Source: the human T2T-CHM13v2.0 reference genome, Homo sapiens
Direction: 5' to 3' (one strand)
DNA: 64,000 nt
Assembly (NCBI RefSeq): GCF_009914755.1
Contig: NC_060926.1
Shown: positions 39,292 to 64,000 of the stretch, in pieces
Position numbering within the stretch: the first letter of the stretch is position 1
How the letters are laid out: each line of letters opens with the position of its first letter
The notes under the pieces: model-generated
The model's database searches: none
Seen by the model: the letters and a program-made list of their open reading frames with translations, nothing else
Told to the model about the DNA's origin: nothing
Translations under genes and position numbers: made by a program

Positions 39292-40107
39292 CCCAAATCT
39301 GTTTCTCAGCTTCTCAAAATCACACCCAAAACTTGTGGTATTGATTAAAAATGCATGTATTATGCATTTTAATTTGCAATATTAGTATATTAGTGTTTTC
39401 TGCTTTATAACATGGGATATGTTTCTTCCAGTCATTAAATATATCCCTCAATGAAGTTAGGTAGCTTTCTTCTTGGCTCTGCGTACTTTTTAATATTACA
39501 ATTATTCCTGGGTATTTTATTTTTGGATGGATAATGTGAAAATGATTTAATTTTTCATTTTTTCTACCACATTATTGGTCATGTACAGGCAAGCTATTGA
39601 TATAATATTTTTTCTGTTGATGTTCATGGGGGCAAAGTGTGATGAATTTGCATGTGTCTTTCTGTTACCTTGTGGAACTGGTGCAGCCACCATCAGGTGG
39701 CTTCAGCATTCCTGCCTGTCTCAGTGCTTCTGACCTTTGACTAGTTAATCATGATGCTGGTTATGGAGCTGCGATGTACATGTGGGTAAAAACTTGTTCA
39801 GTTAGAGTGGGCGTTAACCTTATCAAGTGCGTTCCTGAGGCAGTGTGGCCAGTAGTATGTGCAGATTTCTAACGTGTCCGTGTGTGGCTTTGTCTCCAGT
39901 TCCCTATTAGTAGATGTTTTCAATGTGCCTGGTCATAAATATCTACAAATGAGATTGGTTGTAATGTTCTTGTTCTGTGGCCTCATTTTCAGATTTTTGT
40001 ATCATTATTATACTTTTTAAAACCTCTCCTCTTCCATACTGTTATTTGGCCCCCCGGCTTGGTGTTTTCTTACTTTCCTGCTAGAACATCACCTGCATTT
40101 CAGCTAA

Positions 40108-40678
<571 letters not shown>

Positions 40679-41344
40679 TGCATCTCCCTGACCCCTCCCA
40701 GGCCTATTCAGTCTAGACTGCAGGGCACTTGCTTCAGCACTTTTCTTAGCTGGCAAAATTCCTGCCCTTACAGTTTATGGTTCAGTGGGGGAATAATAGG
40801 TAATAAAGAATAAGTATAGTGTACAGTAAATTAGAAAGTGCAAGAAGAGTCAAGCTGGGAGGAGTGAGCAGAAGTGGGAGGCTTGCACAGGCCACACTGA
40901 GGTTCTGGGTTTGTGCCCAGTTTGGCTGCTCTTCCACCTGTGTGCTGGCCCCACATTTCTTCCCCACAGGGACCTTCCAGAGTGGACTGTCTTCTCGCCT
41001 CTTTTCATCAGTGCCTTCCTTGGTGGCCTGTGGATCCCCAGAGGAAGAGTCTCCTGGACTGAGCACATGGGCGTGGTCACCACAGGGCCATGTGGCCAAA
41101 GTGTTGAGTGGTTGGGAGGGGAAGCTGGAGGGGGAGTAGTGGGAGACAGTGTGGGTGGGCACCATCTCCTTTCTGCAGAGTCTCTTTCTTGCTTAGGAGT
41201 TTGCACCTGTTGTGTGGGCAATGAGCGCAACTTCAGGGTTATGAGAATTGTGGTCACTTGTGCATTTTTTTAAAAAGGTAGCAGTAATAGGACCCTCTTC
41301 CAGGACTGTATTAAATCAGTGGCATTTGTAAAGCCTGGACCTCA

Positions 41345-41746
<402 letters not shown>

Positions 41747-42459
41747 CTAGCAGTGATTTTTTTGGGAACATGTGTTTTACTTTTATTGCCGCTACTAATG
41801 GTATAGTTTAATAAAAGATAGAAGAGAATAGTTAACTTTTATTTCCAGTAACTACAAACACAAATGGTTGAGCATGGTTTTTCTAAGAAAAATTAAGGAT
41901 AGTTCTAGCTGAGTACATTTGCCATCAGTTAATGCATTGATTTTTTTGACAGCTTGACTTCTTGGTAGGTTTGCATCTTGAGTATAAATTCTTCATAGGA
42001 AAATAAGTCCAGAGCACTTATCTTTAAAAAATAGCAATTTCAGCAACTCATTTAAAAAATATAACAATTTGTGTTTTGATGCTGATTATCAAGTTCTTGT
42101 AGGTGATAGCCTAAGTGCTACAAAGTGTAAGGAAGAAAGACTCCTGTGAATGGCATGTTTCAGGTAGTGTAACGAATAATTTTTTGAAGTCCGTATTTGT
42201 GGTTGTATGATTGACTAAACATTAACCTGTAAGACTGACTTAACATTAAATCATAATGAAGCTATAATTGGATGTACATTCTTGTATTGATAATTGTGTT
42301 AATCGATTAAGTTGTTGGATGACCTTGGACCATCTTAATGTTTAAAGTGACAGTGGGAACAAGACTCACATAGGACAGGACATGGGAGGTTACAAACCAG
42401 GGCCTCGGATCGTGCGAGGCTCACACAGGATTGTCAGGAGCGCGGTAGAGCTCACAATT

Positions 42460-42592
42460 TTTTGCTGTGTAGATAGGTATTAAAGTTTTTTGCTTGGATT
42501 TTTTTTGTTTTGTTATTTTTATTGTGTTTATTTTTCCAAATATATTGGATCCAAGGTTGTTTGAATCTCAGGATGCAGAGGACCGACTCTAT
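42460..42592. mobile_element. Tigger-like DNA transposon fragment
   Basis: TTTTTCCAAATAT..GATCC..GGTTG.TTGAATC...GGATGCAGAGG. Confidence 0.45.
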
Positions 42593-43202
42593 TAGAAACT
42601 GATTTCTGTGAGCAACAACATAATGGGATTTATAAAGCTGGTTACAACAGCAGGCATTGCTGTAGTCCCTGCGCGGGGCTGTGTGTGGGTGCGCTACATC
42701 CTTGGGCATTGTCCCTCTGTAATGGGGCCCAACTTGCTGGAGTTCCATTGAGGCAGGCCTCAGCACTAGGCAGTGAACAGATCCCGTTTCTGAGGTGTCT
42801 TCTACATGTTCTGCTGCCACGGGGATGACAAGCAACCTCGGCTCCACCCGTCTGCAACAATGTGTAAAGCCAATTCCCTACTGAAGGCAGGGAATGCCAC
42901 CACCTCCCACCTGCAGTCCCTGACCCTGTGCAGTTTACACAGTGTCCCTTCATTCGTAAGTTGTCACGTGAAGAAAGAAGTCAGTAGCAAAGTGACCCTC
43001 TTATGGAGTTATGAAATGGGGTTGCTATGGGGAACAATGATCTGCAGGGGACCCTGGGGGCTGGCATGGCCTTAACACTAAGCAAGTGAGAAGGCAGCCA
43101 TCCTTTGACAGCTACTGTTTGTCCAGCATGAAGGTAAGTTAGTCCCAGTGACTCCAGTAGACCACGATGGTGATAATGTAAGAGGGGCACTAACTTGACA
43201 TA

Positions 43203-52762
<9,560 letters not shown>

Positions 52763-54545
52763 TTCATGAAGCATACACAAATATCAATAGCTGAATCAAT
52801 CATGTGGAAAAGGATATCAGAGATTGAGGATCAACATAATGAAATAAAGCAAGAAGACAAGATTATAGAAAAAAGAGTGAAAAGAAATGGACAAAGCCTC
52901 CAAGAAACTATGAGACTATGTGGAAAGACCAAATCTACATTTGATTGGTATACCTGAAAGTGGCGGAGAGAATGGAAACAAGTTGGAAACATTCTTCAGG
53001 ATATTACCCAGGAGAACTTCCCCAGCCTAGCAAGACAGGCCAACACTCAAATTCAGGAAATACAGAGAACACCACAAAGATACTCCTCAAGAAGGATAAC
53101 CCCAAGACACATAATAGTCAGATTCACCAAGGTTGAAATAAAGGAAAAAATGTTAAGGGCAGCCAGAGAGAAAGGTCGGGTTACCCCCAAAGGGAATCCC
53201 GTCAGACTAAGAGCGGATCTCTTGGCAGAAACCCTACAATCCAGAAGAGAGTGGGGGCCAATATTCAACATTCTTAAAGAAAAGAATTTTCAACCCAGAA
53301 TTTCATACCCAGCCAAACTAAGCTTAATAAGCAAAGGAGAAATAAAATCCTTTACAGACAAGCAAACATTGAGAGATTTTGTCACCACCAGGTCTGCCTT
53401 ACAGGAGCTCCTGAAGGAAGCACTAAACATGGAAAGGTATGACTGGGACCAGCCACTGCAAAAACATACCAAATTGTAAAGACCATCGATGCTCTGAAGA
53501 AACTGCATCAACTAACAGGCAAAATAACCAGCTAGCGTCATAGTGACAGGATCAAATTCACACATAACAATATTAACCTTGAATGTAAACGGACTAAATG
53601 CCCCAATTAAAAGACACAGACTGGCAAATTGGATAAAGGGTCAAGACCTTTTGGTCTTTGTTCTGTTATATTCAAGAGACCCATCTCATGTGCGAAGACA
53701 CATAGGCTCAAAATAAAGGGATGGAGGGATATTTACCAAGCAAATGGAAAGAAAATAAAAAGGGAGTTGCAATCCTAGTCTCTGATAAAACAGACTTTAA
53801 GCCAACAAAGATCAGAAGAGACAAAGAACGCCATTACATGATGGTAAAAGGATCAATGCAACAAGAAGAGCTAACTATCCTAAATATATATGCACCCAAT
53901 ACAGGAGCACCCAGATTCATAAAGCAAGTTCTTAGAGACATACAAAGAGTTTTAGACTCTCACACAATAATAGTGGGAGACTTTAACACCTCACTGTCAA
54001 TATTAGATTAACGAGACAGAAAATTAACGAGGATATCCAGGACTTGAACTCAGCTCTGGACCAAGAAGACCTAATAGACATCTACAGAAATCTCCACCCT
54101 AGATCAACAGAATATACATTTTTCTCAGCACCACATCACACTTATTCTCACATTGACCACATAATTGGAAGTAAAACACTCCTGAGCAAATGCAAAAGAA
54201 CGGAAATCATAACAAACCATCTCTCAGATCACAGTGCAATCAAATTAGAACTCAGGATTAAGAAGTCACTCAAAACTGCACAACTACATGGAATGGAAAC
54301 TGAACAACCTGCTCCTGAATGACTACTGGGTAAATAACGAAGTGAAGGCAGAAATAACGAGGCTCTTTGAAACCAATGAGAACAAAAACACAACATAACA
54401 GAATCTCTGGGACACATTTAAAGCAGTGTGTAGAGGGAAATTATAGCACTATGTGCCCACAAGCAAAAGTAGGAAAGATCTAAAATTGACACCCTAACAT
54501 CACAATTAAAAGAACTGGAGAAGCAAGAGCAAACACATTCAAAAG
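52763..54545 (+). mobile_element. L1PA ORF1 3' part plus ORF2 endonuclease region, inverted relative to the neighbouring L1
   Basis: ORF 53150-53479 is the ORF1p C-terminus (MLRAAREKGRVT…); ORFs 53721-54322 are the endonuclease domain (NIYAPN, GDFNT, SDH). Confidence 0.93.
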
Positions 54546-54670
54546 GTAACTAGCTTTCTTCACTGATTTCCACCTAACAAAATCTCTGTCCTGTGTACTT
54601 CTTATCTCTCCAGACCTCTTTGATCTTGCCTTTGCTCTAAACTCTATCCTGTTAAGTGATAAATGTCTTA

Positions 54671-55149
<479 letters not shown>

Positions 55150-55419
55150 TCATTCTTGAAAAATTTTATTTTAACCATCACATCACTCTTCTGTTATTTC
55201 AAACACTAGATGTCTCTATAGTGCCAGTCTCATTCTGCTTACTACTTGGGAAGGCTAGTTCAGCCTAGAATTGTACTGGATTTAGAGTAAGGAGATGTCA
55301 GTTTGACAGTGTTAGCTCTGAGAAGACCCCAGCATTTTCAATAATGTGTACCCTCTTAGATTCTATGTGGCTAAATTTCAGCGATGATCTTTCCTGCTTA
55401 CAGAAACAATGATAACACT

Positions 55420-55652
55420 ACTTTATCTTTGTATAGTAGTAGAATGTTTTTAGAGCCGTCTACATGTGTTCATGTGTTCTGTCCTCACGGCAATCTTGCA
55501 AGCCAGGTACTATTATTTCAGTTTTTATAGTTGAAGAAACTGAGGCCTAGATATGTTACAGAACATTAATAAGTTGACATAGCAACTAGTTACTGAACCC
55601 ACATTCACTCACAGATTCTCTGATTTTAAATCCATCACTCTTTCCTCTACAT
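55420..55652 (-). mobile_element. MIR
   Basis: ATTTCAGTTTTTATAG.TGAAGAAACTGAGGC reverse core. Confidence 0.65.
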
Positions 55653-58600
55653 AAAACCACTTCTGTCTATATAAGCACTGTTAGTAGCTTCCTGATTTAC
55701 ATATGTTTTGATGAACAAAAATATATCTCTTCATATTACACATTACAACTTTAAACACACAAAATATAACCTGAGCCATCTTTAGGACAGATGTTAGTTC
55801 TTTCTTCTCCTTCAGTAATATAAAGGTGTTATAGTTCTACTTTACTGTGATTGTTTGTAAAACCCTAATGAACACTTGTCTTCTAGCTGATGCTTATAGA
55901 TTGGTTTACATGCTCTAATAATATGTATGGGTTAGACTGCTCCTGTCTTTAGTCTGAACCTTGGGTAACCCCAGTTTGTGATTAGCTTTGAAGAGGTATA
56001 CGTGTGAGCCGACATTCCTCTGTGTACTTTACTGGCTGCCAGGAGAAACATTTAATTTCCTGGTGGGAGAAAATTATCTCTAAAGGAAGAGTCCCATTCT
56101 TTCTATTGTTACTCTAAGGTTCCCTGGATGGTTTCAATCTCAATAATGCACAAATAAGAACTCCCTTAGGTTATGGTTAAGTAAATATATATAGGAAGTG
56201 TTCTTCCTTGCTAGTTTGTGTATTTTACATGATAATAAATCAGTCCTTTCTTGATAGGTAACACCCATGGACATTTTTGAAATTATGTCCTAGTAAAGTT
56301 GTTGGTATCTTACTTTTCTTAAAAAAGCATATCAAAATATAACAATATGTAAAATGAACTGTAACATTTGATCAGCAGTTCTATATACTTTACAATTATA
56401 TATAAAACTCATAACTAATTTTGAAATTATGTTCAAGAAATGAAGAGGATCCTGTTATTTATTGGAGTTGAAAGTCCTGAACATTTAGTAAACCCTCCAA
56501 TTTTTCTGGTTTAATGTAAGAGTAAATGTTGCTTTTGAGTTATAAAAGGGTAAATGTGATCATTTTATTATATAGGAAAGACATTTAAAGTAAAAGGTTT
56601 ACATTTTCATGAAGAATTCCAATTGTTATTCAAGTTTTAGTCTCATGTACAATTTATGTGTGTCATTGGCCAAAAATTTAATGATGCATAATATCTGTAA
56701 CATTCCTGGGGATTTTTGTTTATATTTTAGTTTTTTTCTTTTTCAAGGTGATGTAGATTCATATAATTTCTGTTTCTTTTTCATTTTATGTAAAAAATGT
56801 AGTACTCTATTTTCTAGCTGATAGGTGGCTTCCCTGGCAGTCAAGAAATAACATTGTCTTTGATGATAGACTAATGTTTCAATTTCCATTTCTTGCTATG
56901 TGATAATGGAGAAATTTCCTATCTATGGTTCTATTTCGTCATATAATGGAATGGCGAGATGCAAAATGCAATAACCTGTGTAATGTGTTCAGCTAAAGGC
57001 TTGGAATATGATGAGTTGTCAGTAAAGGTCTCCATTGTTATCAAAGGCACTTCTCTAGAAAAACGTGACTATTCCCATCGTTGGTTGTTTTCTTTTTTCC
57101 ACATTACAGGGTTGTTGCTTATTCATTCGTTAATAAAGAACATTCAAAATATCTCTTCAGAGAGTATAATAAATAAGCTCGCATTAATGTATTATTAATA
57201 TGTACCTGTAATCTTTTAGGGGAATACATAATGACTTTTAATAAAAAATGATGTAATCATTCTTGGGAAACTTCAGTTTAGAAACCTATAAAACGTAATT
57301 TTTATTTTTTCAGAAAAAATTATATATGTGTGTAATGAAAGGAAGAAGAATAAATCAGCTTTACAGCTAAATTGGCACTTTCAGTCTGTGATCAGACATT
57401 CAGTTGAAGTGATATTCTTTAAAAGAAGAGGAAGAATCAGTTGGAAAAGTGATCGTTAGTACAACACTACAATGTGTTGGTCATTAAACTAGCCTTCAAA
57501 ATAAGAATTGAATAGGAAAAGATATAGAGGGCAGATATAAATATATATAAATGTAAATATAAATATATAATATATGTAAATATAAAGATATAAATAAGAA
57601 AAGGAAATACTCATCAAAGAAACCAGGGGACCACAAGGTTAAAGAGGGGAAAAAGAAACATGAGGAAGAGTTTAAAGACTAGAATGAACAAATAGGATTG
57701 ATTGTTCTACTAATGTTTTTAGTGGCAGCAAATTCAATAACGAAACTCATCTCTCCTGCTTAAAACAAGTGGCTGTGTAGAGCAGCAAACATAGGGAGGA
57801 ACATTCTCTGTTCCTCTCTGGATTGTCTTTTATGTCCCAAAATAACCCAGATGAAGTAATGAGCTGATATTCAACAATATCTTGAGTGTGAGATAGAAAC
57901 GTTTAATAGTACCTATTAAACACATTTTTGGAAATACATGATGTTAATAGGTACATTATATCAATGATTAATTGAATATTTCACTATAATTTTTTTAATA
58001 ATATAGTTATAATTAGAACAATAATTTTAAAATAACATAATTTTCTAAAAATAAAATTAAAAAAATAAAGTTTTACCCAAAGAAAGAAGGATAAATCAGT
58101 TTGAATGTTTAACACTTTAGTTTTAGACTTTTGGGGGTATGTAATATTTCACATTCAGAAATGGAATACCTAAAAAGGAATCTTAATAAATAAAAATGTT
58201 ACTTTTTATTTTAGAAATAGGATTTTAATGTTTGATTTAACAGTAAAGCTTATATGGATTATATGATCATTTCTTTTGAATTTATTTCCAATTTGTCATA
58301 TAAAGGTAATTATTTTCAGCAATTTGAAAGTTTTCTATTTAAAAATAAACTTTTTTCTTTTCTTTCTCTTGCTTCTCTCCAACTCAAAGTTTTTAAAAAA
58401 TTGAAAAAAGTAACAGTTGATTTGCAATACTTTATAACTTTCTCCCCTGAAAATACGGGTTTAAATGCTCTTTAAGTTACAAATGGAATGAGTCAGATGA
58501 CCTGAATTTGCTCTTCTGTGACTTTCTGTGTTGATTTCAGAATTACTCTTGCCAACTCTATTTGAGAAGAGTCCAGTGATGAAATAACCAGAGTTGAAAC

Positions 58601-58737
58601 CTGCTTGTTCAGAACATGACTTTAGCTACTATTGACATTTTCCTATTTTCTTTAGTTAAGAAATTCAACGAATGTTAGCAAGGAGAGGAGGGACCCAATC
58701 TTCAAGACTAGTAGGGTGTTCTTGAAGCCAGCTCTAA

Positions 58738-58741
<4 letters not shown>

Positions 58742-58769
<28 letters not shown>
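58742..58769. repeat. (TG)n microsatellite
   Basis: About 14 GT units. Confidence 0.95.
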
Positions 58770-58770
<1 letters not shown>

Positions 58771-60379
58771 GTGTGCATGTGTATGTTTATATGTTTTCAA
58801 GTGATATTTAAATTTTTTTAACCAACATATTTTATTAAACACCAAGATTTCATTATCCATTCTAGATATTTGGTTTAAAAAATTTTTACAGAGTCTAAAA
58901 TTTGAAAACATTTCGACAATGCCATTATTTCAGATCATTAATAAAATATTAAATATGGATATACAAATTTATTTAAATATACTGGTTTTGCCCTCTATTA
59001 GGAAGATATGTGCCATTAACTGATAAAAGTCATACTTTAACATTTGACATTTTGATTTGACACTACACAGAAATGAGAGATAAATATAAGCATTTTTCAC
59101 AATGTATAATTAATTCAAACAAAGAAATTACTCAAGTGACAGAGATGAGAAGAAATTTTCAAGTCAGTGTCACAAGTAGAAGCTGAAGTCCTGGGATTCT
59201 ATTTGGTAAGGAGTTTAAAATAATATATAGACCTTAATGACTGAAGTTTTGCATTTTAGCATCTAAATGGGTACTGGAAGTAGGGCTTCAACAAATACAG
59301 AACCTGTAAAATTTAGTTTACCTGTGAAAGGAGGACTAGGTAAAGTTTGCCACCAGTCTAAGTACGTAGTATGGAGTACTGTTATTTCAAAGTTATCTTC
59401 AATAAATTGAAAACTTAATCCATTGTGAAACTGTGAGATTGACTTAATTTGTGAGACACAACCCTAAGTCAAGGAATTAACCTAGGTGCCAGCAAAAGCA
59501 AAAATAGTAATTTGTAATCGTATACCATCTCAAAATGTTATTTAGGTTTTATTGGTTTATTGAGGAGAGACAACTCATTAGGAAAACACATTTTATTTTT
59601 AATAATTGTCTCTGATCGCAGTCTGGAGATACCCAATCCTGTGTCTCTGACTGAGATTAGCCTATTAGCTTCTAGAGTTGCAACCATATAAATGGATGCT
59701 GCTTTGTGGAACACATTAATTGGTTCTTCAGGGTCCTATGAGTGTCTTTCCCTTGTTTGATGTGGAAATCTGAACCCCTGGTTCTAACTTCTTCCTTTTC
59801 TCTTTAGCTCTTGCCATAGTTAGTGGCCCACAACTTCGTGAGGGTTTACCAAAAAGACAACTGATGTCTTTAGAAAATTGTGAGAAACTCACATTCTGTA
59901 ATTTTTCCTGTTCTTGTTTCTACCTTGGGTTTTCCTGGCCAAATAAAGAGTTTTGCTAAGTTTAGCTGAGAAATACTCATACCTGACTTAGAGGGAAATA
60001 AGTGGTTTCGATAACTGCAAGTTGTTTTAGTGATCCTCTTTCTTTCGCCTATTCCTGTCTGCAGGAAGGGAAAATATTGCATTTCTTCCACATGGAGGGG
60101 TGTGTGAAGAGAGAAAAAACTTTTCGCTGTGAATGTGCATCCCACAAAAATACACCTTTTTCTAACTTTCATCTTGTACTGAATTAAGAGTGAGGGTGGT
60201 AGTTCTGGTTTTGCAGGAGAATTGCCTTTCAGCAAACCTTTCACGGGTAGGTGACATGAAGAGCTGAAAAATCATTGTATTGAGACTTGGGATGCTTAGT
60301 GCTTTTCTCTCATCTAGGAGGCTCAGCATCCGTTTCTGGTACCCAGGACCAAATAACATTTTGTTATAACAGAGTAGAA

Positions 60380-61799
<1,420 letters not shown>

Positions 61800-61800
<1 letters not shown>

Positions 61801-64000
61801 TTTATTTAAAAAGTTTATGTACCATAAATTTGCTCTTTTTTCATGTAGAGTTCTTGCAATTTTCTTTTGCCTTTTCTAGAAAATAATATACATGGAATTA
61901 CTCTGTATATTAACTTTGGAAAAAGGTTTATTTCTCTTAGAATAATAGAGTTAAGATTCATTCATTTCTTGCATGCATCAATACTTTATTCCTTCTTATT
62001 GCTGTATAGTATTTCATTATATGAATGCATCACATTTATTTATCTAGTCCCCAAGTGAGGGACATTTGTGTTGTTTCCAGTTTCTGATGAAACTAACACA
62101 TTTGTTTTAAAATTACCATATTTGTGTGAATGTGGGTTTTTATCACACTTAGGTAAATGCTAAAATGTAGGGTTATTGAGCTATATGCTAAGTGTATGTT
62201 TGACTTTATAAGGCATTGTTTTCTAGAGTGGCTGTGCCATTTTGCATTCTCTTCAGCTATGTATGAGAGTTTCTGTTGGTTTGCATCTCTGCTAGCACTT
62301 GGCATTGTCAGTTTTTTTGTGTGTTTTCTTTTATAGGCATTCTAATAAATAAGTAATTGTAATTTTCATTTAAATAAAGTAAAAGATAATTTTATATTAT
62401 CTTTTAAATATATTACTGGATTCAGATTTTTGAGGATCTTTTTTGTTTATGTTCATGAGAAATAGTGCATTGTAGTTTACTTTTCTTGTAATATTTTTTG
62501 TTGATTTTGGTATCAAGGTAATCTTGGTTTCATAAAATGAGTTGGGAAATATATACCCCTCAGCCTCAGCTTCCTTTTCTGGAAGAAATTATGTGAAATT
62601 AGTATTATTTCTTTGTTAAATATTTAGTAAAATTTACCATCTGGGATTAGAGTTTTTATTTTTGGAAGTTTTTAAATAAAATATTTAATTTTCTACTAGA
62701 TGAAGACATAGACAATTTACTATTTAGTGAGTTTTGGTTATTTTACATTTTTCAAGGAAGTGGTCTATCACATTTAAGCTGTTTAAATCATGGGCATAGA
62801 GTTGTTGGTACTATTAGTCTTTTAATATCTGTGGAGTCTGTGGGAGTACATGTCTTTCATTCCTTACATAGTTAATTTTTGTTTTCATTTATTTCAAAAT
62901 ATTTTTCAAGTTCCCACTCTACTACTTGTTTGACTCATGGTTTATTTAATTTTCAAATATTTAGGTGCTTTACAGATTTTTTTCTGTTACTCGTGTTTGG
63001 AAAATATAATGTATAATATATACAAAATATAATTTGATTTTTTCTGAATTTGTTGAGGTGTTTTATGGTCTATGTTGGTGAATGTTCCATGTGCACTAGA
63101 GGAGAATATGCATTCTTCTACTAGTGGGCAAGAGTGTTCTACAAATGTCAATTAGGTCAAGTTGGTTGATAGTGTTGTTCATGCCTTCTGTGTCCTTACT
63201 GATTTTCTATCTACTTGCTCTCTCATGTCCATTACATTTACATACATTGGAACCTTTCTAGAAATGTTATAAAATTTGATTTCAAAAGTCATATATATTT
63301 TTATAAACTGAGAGGAGAAAAACATTAAATTATATTTATTCAGATACCCAAGCATTTCTTTTGCTTTATCCTCATTCTTAAGGTTACAAGTTTCCCTTTG
63401 TTATAATTTCCCTTAAGTCTTGTTTGGGTTTAAACTATTTTTCTGAACTTCTTGAATTTTTTCTGTAAATTTATATTTTTCACTGAACTTGGAGGAAGTT
63501 TTTCATCCACTATATCTTCAAATATTTTTCTTCACCAATCAGTTTTTCCCTTTACTTCATAGATGCCAATGACACCACTACTAGATTTTTTGAATCTTGT
63601 TATTATATTATCTACAGGCCCTAGAGGCTCTGGCCATTTTCATTTTCAATCTTTTCTCTCTGTTATTTAGACTAGATAATTTTTATTGATCAATTTTTAA
63701 GTTTACTGACTTTTTCCTCTGTCATCTCTATTCCTTATTGAACCTGTCTAGGAAATTTTAAAATTTCAAGTGTTGTGTTGTATTTTTTACTTTTTAAATG
63801 TCCAGTTTTTCCCTTTTCTTTTTCCAGTAGTTTCTATTGCTCTGTTAAGAACGTCTTTATTTCCATTAATTTCAAGAGCGTTCACCTTTGCCTCATGGAG
63901 CATGGTTATCATAGCTACAATAAAGTCTTTTTTCCAACATCTGGATCATCTTAGATTTGACATTTGTTGATTGTTGTTTCAGTGGAAAACAGGTCCAATT
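61800..64000 (-). mobile_element. Old L1M (ME/MC) fragments
   Basis: GGACATTTG.GTTGTTTCCAGTT, TTTTGGTATCAAGGTAAT, GTGAATGTTCCATGTGCACT. Confidence 0.7.

Noticed and set aside
57310-60330. Possible coding exons at acceptor-like sites near 57313, 58540, 59807 and 60216
   Set aside because: Early stops, no convincing paired donors, no recognisable peptide

Overview
Primate (human-like) non-coding genomic DNA with no recognisable host protein-coding gene; the ORFs I could assign are Alu, L1, LTR or low-complexity translations. AT-rich, Alu-poor flanks (~1-5.5 kb and ~55-64 kb) enclose an Alu-dense block (~5.5-42 kb). That block holds two decayed ERVL-class pol segments, a MER41-like LTR carrying a young L1 3' end, and a nested Alu/Alu/L1/Alu/LTR12 stack whose + strand LTR12 looks like an intact promoter. 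The most unusual element is a ~6 kb strand-asymmetric array (~43.2-49.3 kb) of roughly 400 degenerate 13-14 bp monomers (consensus ~GGCCTTACCCACCT), organised into about four diverged higher-order copies of ~0.8-2 kb. Its minus strand is dense in 5' splice-site/U1-binding motifs, with a CAG|GTGAGTAT-type site kept in each higher-order copy. Its plus strand is dense in U12-type branch-point motifs (CCTTAAC) and in complements of 5' splice sites. It starts just after a perfect + strand donor and is cut by a 5'-inverted L1PA7/8-like element. Coordinates and subfamily names were read by eye and are approximate.
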